Sequence record: SRR22947727_99 | Length of the DNA: 41,891 nt | Direction: 5' to 3' (one strand) | Shown here: piece after piece, positions 9,195 through 19,103 of the stretch | Position numbering within the stretch: position 1 is the stretch's first letter | Layout: each line of letters starts with the position of its first letter | Program-made: the position numbers and the translations under genes | Notes under the pieces: generated by a model | Databases searched by the model: none | Seen by the model: only the letters and a program-made list of their open reading frames with translations | What the model was told of the DNA's origin: nothing

Positions 9195-9969
9195 TACTAT
9201 CTATTTTATTTAGACACTTTTTTAAACCTAACTCGTAATTTGTTTTAATAAAATGTTCTTTGAGTATTTCCACCCACTTGAATTTAACCTGAGATCGATA
9301 AAAACAATTTAGAGGAAAAGGCATATTAAACATTTTTAAGACTTCTTGACGCATGACATCATTCGTTAACACAGCTAGTGACTCATGAATATATTTTTCA
9401 ACAATTGATTGCGTTTTTTTATCTATTAAAGGCAGGTCAAATAAACCAAGAAAACGAAAGTATCTGTAAATTCTCAAGTAATCCTCCTTAATCCTATCTT
9501 CTATTTCTCCAATAAATTTTATCACTTTTGCCTGAAGGTCTTCTTGACCATTATAATAATCATACAGTTTACAATCTTCCCCAAGATACAATGCATTAAA
9601 TGTAAAATCTCGTCTTGCTGCATCCCTCTTCCAATCCTTGGTGAATAATACAGAAGTATGTCTCCCTATTTGATTAATGTCCTCTCTTAGAGAAGTGATT
9701 TGAATTTTCTTATTATTTAGATAAGCAATAATGGAACCATACCTAATGGCAAAATCATCATATTCAATATTATTTTTTTTAAGTACCTTTAGCACATCAT
9801 TAGGCTCTAACGTAGTTGCAGAGTCTATATCTCTAGCATCCCTACTCATCATAACATCTCGTATACTGCCGCCTACCAAACGAAGTTCTGCATCATGATT
9901 TTTAAAAATAGAAAATAAAGTTTTTATATGTTCCTCACCTACTAAGGCATTTATTTTATTATTGGTCAT
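9184..9969 (-). CDS. cca: Class II tRNA nucleotidyltransferase (CCA-adding enzyme), unusually short
   Basis: VGGSIRD...DID (motif A), RRDFTFNAL (motif B), EDYLRIYRYFRF (motifs D/E). Confidence 0.85.
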   Translation of the reverse strand: MTNNKINALVGEEHIKTLFSIFKNHDAELRLVGGSIRDVMMSRDARDIDSATTLEPNDVLKVLKKNNIEYDDFAIRYGSIIAYLNNKKIQITSLREDINQIGRHTSVLFTKDWKRDAARRDFTFNALYLGEDCKLYDYYNGQEDLQAKVIKFIGEIEDRIKEDYLRIYRYFRFLGLFDLPLIDKKTQSIVEKYIHESLAVLTNDVMRQEVLKMFNMPFPLNCFYRSQVKFKWVEILKEHFIKTNYELGLKKCLNKIDSIIN

Positions 9970-10007
9970 ATCTAGCTATTTTTTTAAAAACAATTTATAT
10001 TACATGA

Positions 10008-10619
10008 ATGATGTCGATGCTTTCAAAAGAAAATACCAGTGAAATTTTTGAGGATATCAAAAGAAACTTAACTCGAGGTGTTAAAGATAGAAAGCATACT
10101 TTTCATACACCTGTTTTTAGCAATATAGATAATGAAAATAGCATTGAGTCAAGGGTAGTAGTTTTACGTCAATTTGACTCTCTAAATATGGTTTTAAATT
10201 TTCATACTGATTTTAGATCCCCAAAGGTTTTCTGCCTTCAACAAAACAATAATTCTTTATTTGTTTTTTATGATTATAAATTAAAAATCCAATTGCGCAT
10301 TAAAACAACATCTACAATTAATAACCAAAATAAAGTTACTGGAGAAATGTGGGATAAAACAAAATTGTTTAGTAGAAAATGTTATTTAACTGAAAAAGCT
10401 CCTAGCTCTCCTACCAACTTACCAGAAGATGGGATTGATGAGAGTCTTGGAGGAAGAGAACCTACTCTTGAAGAAAGTGAAAAGGGTTATAAAAATTTCA
10501 CAGTTGTTCAAAATCAAATTAAGCAAATTGATTGGCTCTATTTAGCTGCTAGTGGACACAGAAGATTAAAGATTATTTTAGAAAAAAAAATACCATCTTT
10601 TCAGTGGACCATACCCTAG
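10008..10619 (+). CDS. Pyridoxamine 5'-phosphate oxidase-related FMN-binding protein
   Basis: SRVVVLR, FHTDFRSPK, QLR, IDWLYL..GHRR pattern of the PPOX-like subfamily. The start could be a few codons downstream. Confidence 0.8.
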   Translation: MMSMLSKENTSEIFEDIKRNLTRGVKDRKHTFHTPVFSNIDNENSIESRVVVLRQFDSLNMVLNFHTDFRSPKVFCLQQNNNSLFVFYDYKLKIQLRIKTTSTINNQNKVTGEMWDKTKLFSRKCYLTEKAPSSPTNLPEDGIDESLGGREPTLEESEKGYKNFTVVQNQIKQIDWLYLAASGHRRLKIILEKKIPSFQWTIP

Positions 10620-11449
10620 TATAAAATAAAGTTATCAATCACTCTAGTTTTGCTTAAGTAGAAAGCAATAAACAATCTTGATTTTTCATTTAACTTACTG
10701 ATATTTAAATTTTCTTCATTTCTTACTTCACAGTAATCAATATTTGATATTCCAGAACTTTTTAATTCGTATTCTATACTTTGTAACATTTCTTGGTTGA
10801 AATTTTTTTTTAAATTTATTAATTTTGAATTTATAATTTTAGCACACTCATCAAATTGCAGTCGTTGGTTTTGACTGAAGGTTGAATAACGTGATGAGTA
10901 GCTCATACCATTTAAATCTCGAATTGAAGGACATTTAATTAAATTTATTTTTAAGTTATTTTGAATAATAAGTTGCTCAATTATTTTTAATTGTTGAAAA
11001 TCTTTTTCACCAAAAAAAACTCTAAAGGGTTTTATTAAATCAAATAGAATCTTTACAATTGTTGTTACTCCGTCAAAATGTCCTGATCTCGATAGATCGC
11101 AAAGTATATCTCTGTATTTAAATACTGTTTTTTCTAAATTGGCACCTCTTGGATATATTTCTTTTATAGAAGGTGCAAAAATGATTTCACAGTTTGTCTT
11201 AGCTAATATGTCCACATCTGCTTCAAATGTTTTGGGGTAATTTATAAAATCATTTTCCTCATTAAATTGAGCTGGGTTAATAAAAATGCTAACAATATTT
11301 ATCCCATCAAATTTTTTAGCTTCATTTAGTAATGATAGATGTCCAGCGTGAATGTTTCCCATAGTTGGAATAAGATTAATTTGTTTTTTATTTTTATATA
11401 AATCAGACACTATTTCAGTAATTTCTGATATATTTTTAACTATTTTCAT
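10616..11449 (-). CDS. panC: Pantoate--beta-alanine ligase
   Basis: PTMGNIHAGH, SIFINPAQF, RSGHFDGV, FGEKDFQQ, SSR, RVIDN. Confidence 0.93.
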   Translation of the reverse strand: MKIVKNISEITEIVSDLYKNKKQINLIPTMGNIHAGHLSLLNEAKKFDGINIVSIFINPAQFNEENDFINYPKTFEADVDILAKTNCEIIFAPSIKEIYPRGANLEKTVFKYRDILCDLSRSGHFDGVTTIVKILFDLIKPFRVFFGEKDFQQLKIIEQLIIQNNLKINLIKCPSIRDLNGMSYSSRYSTFSQNQRLQFDECAKIINSKLINLKKNFNQEMLQSIEYELKSSGISNIDYCEVRNEENLNISKLNEKSRLFIAFYLSKTRVIDNFILY

Positions 11450-11467
11450 ATTTTTTTGAGTATCTAA

Positions 11468-11496
11468 TTGACTTATATACGATCAATTCGTAATAG
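11468..11496 (+). promoter_or_regulatory. Putative sigma70 promoter of the rpmH operon
   Basis: TTGACT-17 bp-TAATAG, ending 21 bp before the rpmH ATG. Confidence 0.5.
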
Positions 11497-11517
11497 GGCT
11501 CAAAAATTAGTTAAATT

Positions 11518-11652
11518 ATGAAAAGAACATATCAACCAAGTAAACTTATAAGAAAACGTAGACACGGGTTTAGAGCTAGAATGGCAACTAAAGCTGGAAG
11601 GCAAATTATAAACCGTCGTCGCGCAAAAGGAAGAGCTCAACTTAGCGCTTAA
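11518..11652 (+). CDS. rpmH: 50S ribosomal protein L34 (not in supplied ORF track)
   Basis: Manual translation [44 protein letters not shown]; directly upstream of rnpA. Confidence 0.98.
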   Translation: MKRTYQPSKLIRKRRHGFRARMATKAGRQIINRRRAKGRAQLSA

Positions 11653-11661
11653 GTAGGCCTT

Positions 11662-11994
11662 ATGGCCCCAGAATTATTTACCATAAAAAAAAGAGCCACC
11701 TTTGTTCATGTCAGAGATCATGGTGTGTTTATTCGTAGCAATAACCTGAACGTTCAAAAGTTGATAAAGCAAGATTTAGATAATAAAATAGGGGTAGGTT
11801 ATACCGCGACTAAAAAAATTGGTAATGCAGTGAAAAGAAATAAAGCAAAAAGAATTATGAGGGAATTGGCAAAAAAAATATTGATTAAATGTAAAACAAA
11901 TACTTATTATGTGCTAATAGCCAAAACATCAATTTTTGATACCAAATTTAAAGATTTATTAGAGGAGTTAGATAAGGTTACTAATGTTAAATAA
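11662..11994 (+). CDS. rnpA: Ribonuclease P protein component
   Basis: [19 protein letters not shown] (RNR-type motif); rpmH-rnpA-yidD-yidC synteny. Confidence 0.93.
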   Translation: MAPELFTIKKRATFVHVRDHGVFIRSNNLNVQKLIKQDLDNKIGVGYTATKKIGNAVKRNKAKRIMRELAKKILIKCKTNTYYVLIAKTSIFDTKFKDLLEELDKVTNVK

Positions 11995-12226
11995 AATTGT
12001 AATATTCCCTTTAGTATTATTCATTCGAGGATATCAACTTTTAATATCACCAATTCTAGGTTCAAATTGTCGTTTCATGCCTACTTGCTCAGAGTATGTG
12101 ATGGAGTCTTTGAAAGAATACGGATTAATAAAAGGAACATATTTATCAATTAAAAGAATTGGGAAATGTCACCCATGGGGAGGTCATGGATATGACCCTA
12201 TACCAACAAAGATGGAAAAAAAATAA
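11984..12226 (+). CDS. yidD: Membrane protein insertion efficiency factor YidD
   Basis: [32 protein letters not shown]. Confidence 0.96.
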   Translation: MLNKIVIFPLVLFIRGYQLLISPILGSNCRFMPTCSEYVMESLKEYGLIKGTYLSIKRIGKCHPWGGHGYDPIPTKMEKK

Positions 12227-12228
12227 AA

Positions 12229-13956
12229 ATGAATGAGCAAAAAAACTTATTTTTAGCAATTGCAATTTCAATTGCCATAATTGTTTTCTTTCAACTTCTT
12301 TTTCCAACACCTATATCTGAGCCAATACAAAATGCAGAAAATGAAGTTTTAGCTCCTGCCACATCAATTGATGAGCCCACACAAAATACTATAGAAATCA
12401 TTAAACCAAAAGAAGATGTTCTTGCAGTTAATGATAGAGTAACAATTCAGACACCTTCTTTAACTGGATCCATAAATTTGCAAGGCGCAATATTAGATGA
12501 TTTAACTTTATCAAATTATAAAGTTAGTATGGAAGATGACTCAGACAATATTGATTTATTATCACCTGATGGAACATCAAATCCTTATTATATTGAGTTT
12601 GGCTGGAAAGAATTAAACAATCAACAAGCACAATTACCCAATTTAGATACTATTTGGAAATCAGACTCATCAAATTTAACACCAGGAAATTCAGTAAACC
12701 TAAGCTGGACAAGTGATGATGACAATACATTTATTATTAATTTTTCAATTGATGAAAATTATATGTTTTCAGTTACCCAAGAGGTAATTAATAACAGTTC
12801 GTCAAATTTAGAAATTTACCCTTACAGATTAATAAAAAGAATAAACACACCTAAGACAATTAATTTTTTTATTTTACATGAGGGCCTAATAAGTCTCGTT
12901 AACGATGAACTTCTTGAAAAAAATTATGATGATTTACTGGATGACTGTTCTGCTAGTCTGCCTGTTAAAGATACTTTTTGTGATGCAAAAGGCCAAGGAG
13001 GTTGGTTAGGATTCACAGATAAATATTGGATGTCAGTTTTAATCCCTGATCCTAACGAGCCAATAAATGTTAACTATCGTCATGGTAACAATGGAAGAGA
13101 CAGTTATAGAACTGGGTATGTTGGACAAATATTTAATATCTCTCCTGGTCAATCTATTAGTTATCAAGGTAAAGTATTTGCAGGAGCAAAAAAACTAAAT
13201 ATATTAAGTGACTACCTTGAAGAATTATCTATTCCTCGTTTTACAGATGCAATTGATTGGGGTTGGTTTGCTTTTTTAACTAAACCTGTTTCATACGCCA
13301 TTAATTGGTTCTATGGATATGCAGGTAATTTTGGTCTAGCAATTATTGCCTTTACTATATTGATGCGGTTAATTCTTTTTCCATTGGCACATGCATCATT
13401 CAAATCAATGGCAAAAATGAAAAAACTTCAACCTGAAATGCAACGATTAAAAGAGACGTATCCTAATGATCGACAAAAAATGCAACAGGAACTAATGGCA
13501 TTATATAAAAGAGAAGGAGCTAACCCTGTTGCAGGATGTTTACCTATATTAGTTCAAATACCAATATTTTTCTCACTTTATAAAGTTCTTTTCGTTACTA
13601 TTGAAATGTACCACGCACCATTCTATGGTTGGATACATGACCTATCAGCTCCTGATCCTTTAGGAATTTTAACTGTCTTCGGTCTAATTTCATGGGATGT
13701 TCCAGGATTCTTATCCATTATAAATATTGGCATACTTCCAATTTTAATGGGCCTTACTATGTGGCTTCAACAAAAATTAAATCCAGCACCAGCAGATCCT
13801 ACTCAAGCTAAAATATTTGCTTTACTTCCATTTGTTTTTACATTCGTATTAGCTGGGTTTGCAGCAGGTTTAGTGCTTTATTGGTCAGTAAATAATATTC
13901 TTTCTATTGCTCAACAGTGGTTCATTCAAAGAAAGATACTCGCTAAAAATGAGTAA
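12229..13956 (+). CDS. yidC: Membrane protein insertase YidC
   Basis: GWLGFTDKYW, IDWGWF, GCLPILVQIPIFF, WIHDLSAPDP, GLVLYW. Confidence 0.97.
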   Translation: MNEQKNLFLAIAISIAIIVFFQLLFPTPISEPIQNAENEVLAPATSIDEPTQNTIEIIKPKEDVLAVNDRVTIQTPSLTGSINLQGAILDDLTLSNYKVSMEDDSDNIDLLSPDGTSNPYYIEFGWKELNNQQAQLPNLDTIWKSDSSNLTPGNSVNLSWTSDDDNTFIINFSIDENYMFSVTQEVINNSSSNLEIYPYRLIKRINTPKTINFFILHEGLISLVNDELLEKNYDDLLDDCSASLPVKDTFCDAKGQGGWLGFTDKYWMSVLIPDPNEPINVNYRHGNNGRDSYRTGYVGQIFNISPGQSISYQGKVFAGAKKLNILSDYLEELSIPRFTDAIDWGWFAFLTKPVSYAINWFYGYAGNFGLAIIAFTILMRLILFPLAHASFKSMAKMKKLQPEMQRLKETYPNDRQKMQQELMALYKREGANPVAGCLPILVQIPIFFSLYKVLFVTIEMYHAPFYGWIHDLSAPDPLGILTVFGLISWDVPGFLSIINIGILPILMGLTMWLQQKLNPAPADPTQAKIFALLPFVFTFVLAGFAAGLVLYWSVNNILSIAQQWFIQRKILAKNE

Positions 13957-14572
13957 TGGAAATAAATCACTAAATAATTTTTTTAAAAGTAATGAGTTTA
14001 TTGGATCATTTCAATCTTATACAGATATAAAAAATATACTAAATGTAAACGATTGTTGTTTTATTGGCAGGTCAAATGTTGGAAAATCTAGCATTATTAA
14101 TTCTATAACAAGAAAAAAAAATCTTGCTAAAACTAGTAAAACACCGGGCAGAACTCAATCTATTAATATTTTTTTAATTAATAAAAAAATAAATCTCGTT
14201 GATCTTCCAGGATATGGGTATGCAAAAGTTTCTAAAGTTATGAGAGACAATCTAGCAGGATTAATTGAAGACTATATTGAAAATCAAGTAAAGCTTATTC
14301 AGGCATATGTGTTAATTGACGCCAGAGTAGGTTTAAAAAATAGTGATATTGACATGTTTGATTTATTAAGTGAATCTAACCGCAAATTTTCAATTGTATT
14401 CACAAAAATTGATAAGTGCTCTAAAACATATCTGGAAGAATTAGAAGGTTCTATGCAAAGCTTGATGAAATCATACAATAAGCATTTTAGTCAATTTTTT
14501 TTTACGAGTGCAAAAAAATTTGAAGGAATAATTGATATCCAAAAAGATATTTATGCTTTATCTAAGCAATAA
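13949..14572 (+). CDS. engB: Ribosome biogenesis GTPase YihA/EngB
   Basis: GRSNVGKSS, SKTPGRTQ, DLPGYGYA, TKIDK. Start re-called to the ATG at 13949 overlapping the yidC end, rather than 13907. Confidence 0.93.
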   Translation: MSNGNKSLNNFFKSNEFIGSFQSYTDIKNILNVNDCCFIGRSNVGKSSIINSITRKKNLAKTSKTPGRTQSINIFLINKKINLVDLPGYGYAKVSKVMRDNLAGLIEDYIENQVKLIQAYVLIDARVGLKNSDIDMFDLLSESNRKFSIVFTKIDKCSKTYLEELEGSMQSLMKSYNKHFSQFFFTSAKKFEGIIDIQKDIYALSKQ

Positions 14573-15483
14573 TGAAATTTGATTTTTTATCGGAGAGTGA
14601 TCAAGCTTATTTTATTCATAAAGCGTCTACACTGGTTGAGGCATTGCCTTTTATAAGAGAGCATAGTGGTGATACTATAGTTATTAAATATGGTGGTCAT
14701 GCGATGGGTGATCCTAAATTAGCAAAAAGTTTTGCGAGAGATATTGGTTTAATGAAAGAGGTAGGAATCTTCCCTGTCGTTGTTCATGGTGGCGGCCCTC
14801 AAATTGCAGAAAAGTTAAAAAATAAAAATATTGATTCAAAGTTTATTGATGGGTTAAGAGTTACAGACAAAGATACGGTTAAGGTAGTAGAAGATGTATT
14901 AGCTAATGAAATCAATGCTGAAATTGTTAAATCTATTAATGATTCAGGTGGCAAAGCTATTGGGCTAAGTGGCAATAAAAATAACTTATTAAGTGCATCA
15001 AAGCTAAAACTTGAGATTAAAGACTCAGACTCAAACATTGAAAAGCTTGTAGATATTGGTTTTGTTGGACAACCTACAAAAGTAAATACTAACTTGATTA
15101 GACATCATATTAAAGATGGGGAAATTCCTGTTATTGCACCTTTAGGAATAGATGATGAAGGTAATTCTTATAATATAAATGCTGATACTGCTGCAGGTTT
15201 TATTGCGGGTGAACTTGAAGCAAGTAAACTATTATTGCTAACAGATGTGCAAGGTATATTAGATCAAGATAAAAAATTAATTTCATCGTTAACTCTTGAC
15301 GATGCTTCTAAAATAATTGATGAGGATTTTATTGTTGGAGGTATGAAACCAAAAATTCTAACGTGTGTTGAAGCAATGAAAAAAGGTGTAAATAAAACAA
15401 CTATATTAGATGGAAGAATTCCACACTCTGTAGTTCTAGAATTATTTACAGAGCATGGTATTGGGACACAAATATATTCTTAA
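14572..15483 (+). CDS. argB: Acetylglutamate kinase
   Basis: VIKYGGHAM, VHGGGPQI, GLRVTD, YNINADT, GGMKPK. Confidence 0.97.
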   Translation: MKFDFLSESDQAYFIHKASTLVEALPFIREHSGDTIVIKYGGHAMGDPKLAKSFARDIGLMKEVGIFPVVVHGGGPQIAEKLKNKNIDSKFIDGLRVTDKDTVKVVEDVLANEINAEIVKSINDSGGKAIGLSGNKNNLLSASKLKLEIKDSDSNIEKLVDIGFVGQPTKVNTNLIRHHIKDGEIPVIAPLGIDDEGNSYNINADTAAGFIAGELEASKLLLLTDVQGILDQDKKLISSLTLDDASKIIDEDFIVGGMKPKILTCVEAMKKGVNKTTILDGRIPHSVVLELFTEHGIGTQIYS

Positions 15484-15486
15484 ATT

Positions 15487-16164
15487 ATGAAAACATTAAA
15501 CAAACAAATAAAAACGTGGATTTTTGATCTTGATAATACTTTGTATTCAGCTGATAGTGGTATTTTTCAACAAGTTCACGAATTAATGGGCAAATTTGTT
15601 TCAAGTCACTTGAATATTGATATTGAAGAAGCAAAAAAAATTCAAAAAACATATTATAAGCAACATGGAACCACTCTTAAAGGAATGATGGATAATCATG
15701 GCGTAGATCCTGATCATTTTTTAGCAGAGGTGCATCGATTAGATTATTCCATTGTTGAACAAAATCATAAACTTAACCTTGAACTTAAAAAACTTGAAGG
15801 TAGGAAAATTATTTACACAAATGCAAATATGCAGCATGCTCTTGATGTTTTAGAGCGTATAGAGCTATCAAATTTTTTTGATGAAATATATGATATTAAA
15901 ATGGCAAACTATATTCCTAAACCTGAGATAGCTCCTTATCAGCAACTGATTGAACAATTTACTATTGAATCTGAAAGTGCGGCAATGTTTGATGATATTG
16001 CTAAAAATTTAGTTCCTGCAAAAAAGGTTGGTTTTACTTCAGTGTGGATTGATGCTGGATATGAAAACTTCAGTGATGATATTCAAGCTTCAAAAGAATA
16101 TTTAGATCATGAAACAACTAACATTACAGATTTTTTAGAAAATGTTAACAAAGGAAATATATGA
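15487..16164 (+). CDS. Pyrimidine 5'-nucleotidase, HAD superfamily
   Basis: [23 protein letters not shown]; usual position between argB and dapD. Confidence 0.88.
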   Translation: MKTLNKQIKTWIFDLDNTLYSADSGIFQQVHELMGKFVSSHLNIDIEEAKKIQKTYYKQHGTTLKGMMDNHGVDPDHFLAEVHRLDYSIVEQNHKLNLELKKLEGRKIIYTNANMQHALDVLERIELSNFFDEIYDIKMANYIPKPEIAPYQQLIEQFTIESESAAMFDDIAKNLVPAKKVGFTSVWIDAGYENFSDDIQASKEYLDHETTNITDFLENVNKGNI

Positions 16165-16991
16165 GTGAAATAAAAAAAATTATTGAAGATGCATTTGACA
16201 ATAGAGATCAAATTAACACTCAAACAAATGGCGTAATAAGAAACAGTGTTGATGAAACTCTAAATCAACTTGATGCCGGAGAAATTAGAGTTTGTGAAAA
16301 AAATGGAGATAACTGGATAGTTAATCAATGGATTAAAAAAGCAATTTTACTAAGTTTTCGATTAAATGATAATGAAATAATTAAAGCTTCACACGCAACT
16401 TGGTATGACAAAGTTCCTAGTAAAACAACTAACTGGTCAAAAGAAGATCATGAAAAAGCTGGGTTTCGATATGTTCCTGATGCCGTAGTTCGTAAATCTG
16501 CCTATATTGCAAAAGGTGTTATTTTGATGCCCTCTTTTGTCAATCTAGGAGCATATGTTGATGAAGGCACTATGATTGATACTTGGGCAACTGTTGGCTC
16601 ATGTGCGCAAATTGGAAAAAATTGTCATATTTCAGGTGGGGCTGGTATTGGTGGTGTCTTAGAGCCGTTACAAGCAAACCCAGTTATTATAGAAGATAAT
16701 TGTTTTATTGGTGCTCGAAGTGAAGTGGCTGAAGGAGTAATAGTTGGTGAAGGATCTGTATTATCTATGGGAGTATTTATTGGGGCTTCAACAAAAATAA
16801 TTGATAGAACTTCTGGAGAGATTCACATGGGCAAAGTTCCTCCTTATTCTGTCATTGTGCCTGGGGCATTACCAGGCAAACCCTTACTTGATGGAACAGT
16901 TGGCCCATCTTTGTATTGTGCTGTTATAGTTAAGAGAGTTGATGAAAGAACAAGATCTAAAACATCAATAAATGATTTACTTCGTGATTAA
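16161..16991 (+). CDS. dapD: 2,3,4,5-tetrahydropyridine-2,6-dicarboxylate N-succinyltransferase
   Basis: [51 protein letters not shown]. Confidence 0.97.
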   Translation: MSEIKKIIEDAFDNRDQINTQTNGVIRNSVDETLNQLDAGEIRVCEKNGDNWIVNQWIKKAILLSFRLNDNEIIKASHATWYDKVPSKTTNWSKEDHEKAGFRYVPDAVVRKSAYIAKGVILMPSFVNLGAYVDEGTMIDTWATVGSCAQIGKNCHISGGAGIGGVLEPLQANPVIIEDNCFIGARSEVAEGVIVGEGSVLSMGVFIGASTKIIDRTSGEIHMGKVPPYSVIVPGALPGKPLLDGTVGPSLYCAVIVKRVDERTRSKTSINDLLRD

Positions 16992-18172
16992 TGAATAAAA
17001 TAGACTTTAATACAACTAAACTAACACAAGCTCTTGTAAAATGTAAGAGTGTTACACCTATTGATGATGGGGCAATTGAAATTGTTGAAAAACATCTATC
17101 TTCGATAGGTTTTAAATGTACCCCTTTATTATTTACTGATCTAAATTCATATGATGTTAAAAATCTTTTTGCCTCTATAGGTTCTTCAGGCCGTCATTTA
17201 GCTTTTGCTGGACATACCGATGTAGTTCCAGCGGGTAATGAAGAGTCTTGGCGCTTTCCACCTTTCTCTGCAACAATAGAAGATGACAAGTTGTATGGTA
17301 GAGGAACAGAAGATATGAAAAGTAACATTGCTTGCTTTATGTCAGCCACAAGTAAATTTATTGATAAATATGGTAAAGATTTTGGGGGTATAATTTCTTT
17401 TATAATTACTGGAGATGAAGAGGGTCAGGCAATAAATGGCACTCCAAAAATTATGGCGTGGACTAAAGAACAAAATATTTCAATAGATCACTGTATAGTT
17501 GGGGAACCTACATCTGATAAAAGTATTGGGGACAAAATTAAAATTGGTCGAAGAGGCTCTATTAATTTTTTTCTAACAGTAAAGGGTATTCAAGGGCATA
17601 CAGCAAATGGTCACCGTGCAGAAAATCCAGTACATCATTTATCTAAATTATTGACTAATATTCTTGCAGAACCACTTGATAATGGAAATGAATATTTTCT
17701 CCCAACCTCCATACAAGTTCCAACATTTGATGTTGGTAATTCTGCACATAATGTAATCCCTGAATTAGCAAAAGCTACAATCAATATAAGATTTAATGAT
17801 GAGCATACTGCTGAATCAATAATTGATTGGCTTAGAAAAAAAATTGATGAAGTTTTTTCTAAAGAAAAAAATGCTTCGTGCATTTTTACTGAAGAAATTA
17901 GCGCAAGATCATTTATTAATAAAGAAGGTGAGCTAACAGATATAATAACAAAATCAATTTCTGATTCTACAGGACGAAATGAAAAACCACAACTTGCCAC
18001 AGATGGGGGCACATCAGATGCTCGCTTTATTAAAAACTATTGTGAGACTACTGAATTAGGAATTAGGAATCAAACACTTCATCAAATTGATGAATTTGTA
18101 TATTTAAAAGATCTAGAGGATCTAGAGAAAATATATTTAAAAATATTAGAAAATTACTTTATTAAAAACTAA
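16991..18172 (+). CDS. dapE: Succinyl-diaminopimelate desuccinylase
   Basis: FAGHTDVVP, GRGTEDMK, GDEEG, GEPT, GRRGS, GGTSDARF; follows dapD. Confidence 0.95.
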   Translation: MNKIDFNTTKLTQALVKCKSVTPIDDGAIEIVEKHLSSIGFKCTPLLFTDLNSYDVKNLFASIGSSGRHLAFAGHTDVVPAGNEESWRFPPFSATIEDDKLYGRGTEDMKSNIACFMSATSKFIDKYGKDFGGIISFIITGDEEGQAINGTPKIMAWTKEQNISIDHCIVGEPTSDKSIGDKIKIGRRGSINFFLTVKGIQGHTANGHRAENPVHHLSKLLTNILAEPLDNGNEYFLPTSIQVPTFDVGNSAHNVIPELAKATINIRFNDEHTAESIIDWLRKKIDEVFSKEKNASCIFTEEISARSFINKEGELTDIITKSISDSTGRNEKPQLATDGGTSDARFIKNYCETTELGIRNQTLHQIDEFVYLKDLEDLEKIYLKILENYFIKN

Positions 18173-19098
18173 TAACCTAACTTTATATCGACATCACTTT
18201 TTATTTTTTTATTTTTTTTAAAATCCATAAATCTTTTATATAAATAACTAATGGACGAGTCATGATCTGTAATCGCAGCCACATGGGGTGTAATAGATAT
18301 ATTTTCATTAGACCAAAATTTATGTTTTTTAATTAGAGGCTCCTTATTAAAAACATCTAAAGACGCATAAAATTGAGGATTTTTTTTAATATGTTTTATT
18401 AAATCCACCTCATTAACAGCAGATCCTCTACCAATATTTATAAGCAGTGATGATTCTTTCATTTTTTTTAAAAAGTTAGAATTTATGAAATTTTTAGTAT
18501 TTTTAGTATCTGGTAAAATTGAAACAATTGTATCACTTCTTTTTATAAATTTATTTAATGAACTTTTATTATATATTTCAAATGAGGTATTTTTTGCCAC
18601 AATATTTCTTTTAAACCCAATTACATTGTAGCCAAGTTTTTTTATATTAAGCGCTACAAAATTACCAATATAACCAAGCCCCATGATCCCTATAGTTAAT
18701 TCACTATTTAAAGGTGTATATCTTTCATTCACCCAAATTTTTTTTCTTTGAGCTGCATCATAAATCTTTAATTTCAACTGAAAGATAAGTATTTGAGATA
18801 AGACATGATTATACATCCTTATTCTCATTGTGGGATCTTTGACTCTAATAATAGGAAGATTTTTTATATTTGGTAATTTAAGAATGTGATCAACTCCTGC
18901 ACCAATAGAAAATATTGCTTTTAAATTTACCATTTTTTTAAAGACATTGCTTGGAAGATTCCAAACTATTGCTACATCTATTTTACTTAAATCAATATTA
19001 TCATTGATTGTAAAAATTTTATCGTTTTTAAATTTTTTTCTTAACGTGTTAAGAAATTCGTGTTGGTTAGAGTAGGTTGCATAAAAAAAAATGTTCAT
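18169..19098 (-). CDS. D-2-hydroxyacid dehydrogenase, glyoxylate/hydroxypyruvate reductase A-like
   Basis: GAGVDH, GLGYIG, NIGRG, LDVFNKEP, TPHVAA. Confidence 0.85.
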   Translation of the reverse strand: MNIFFYATYSNQHEFLNTLRKKFKNDKIFTINDNIDLSKIDVAIVWNLPSNVFKKMVNLKAIFSIGAGVDHILKLPNIKNLPIIRVKDPTMRIRMYNHVLSQILIFQLKLKIYDAAQRKKIWVNERYTPLNSELTIGIMGLGYIGNFVALNIKKLGYNVIGFKRNIVAKNTSFEIYNKSSLNKFIKRSDTIVSILPDTKNTKNFINSNFLKKMKESSLLINIGRGSAVNEVDLIKHIKKNPQFYASLDVFNKEPLIKKHKFWSNENISITPHVAAITDHDSSISYLYKRFMDFKKNKKIKSDVDIKLGY

Positions 19099-19103
19099 TT
19101 TTT

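Noticed and set aside
13907-13948. Extended engB start inside yidC
   Set aside because: The ATG at 13949 gives a normal short overlap; the extension has no family similarity.
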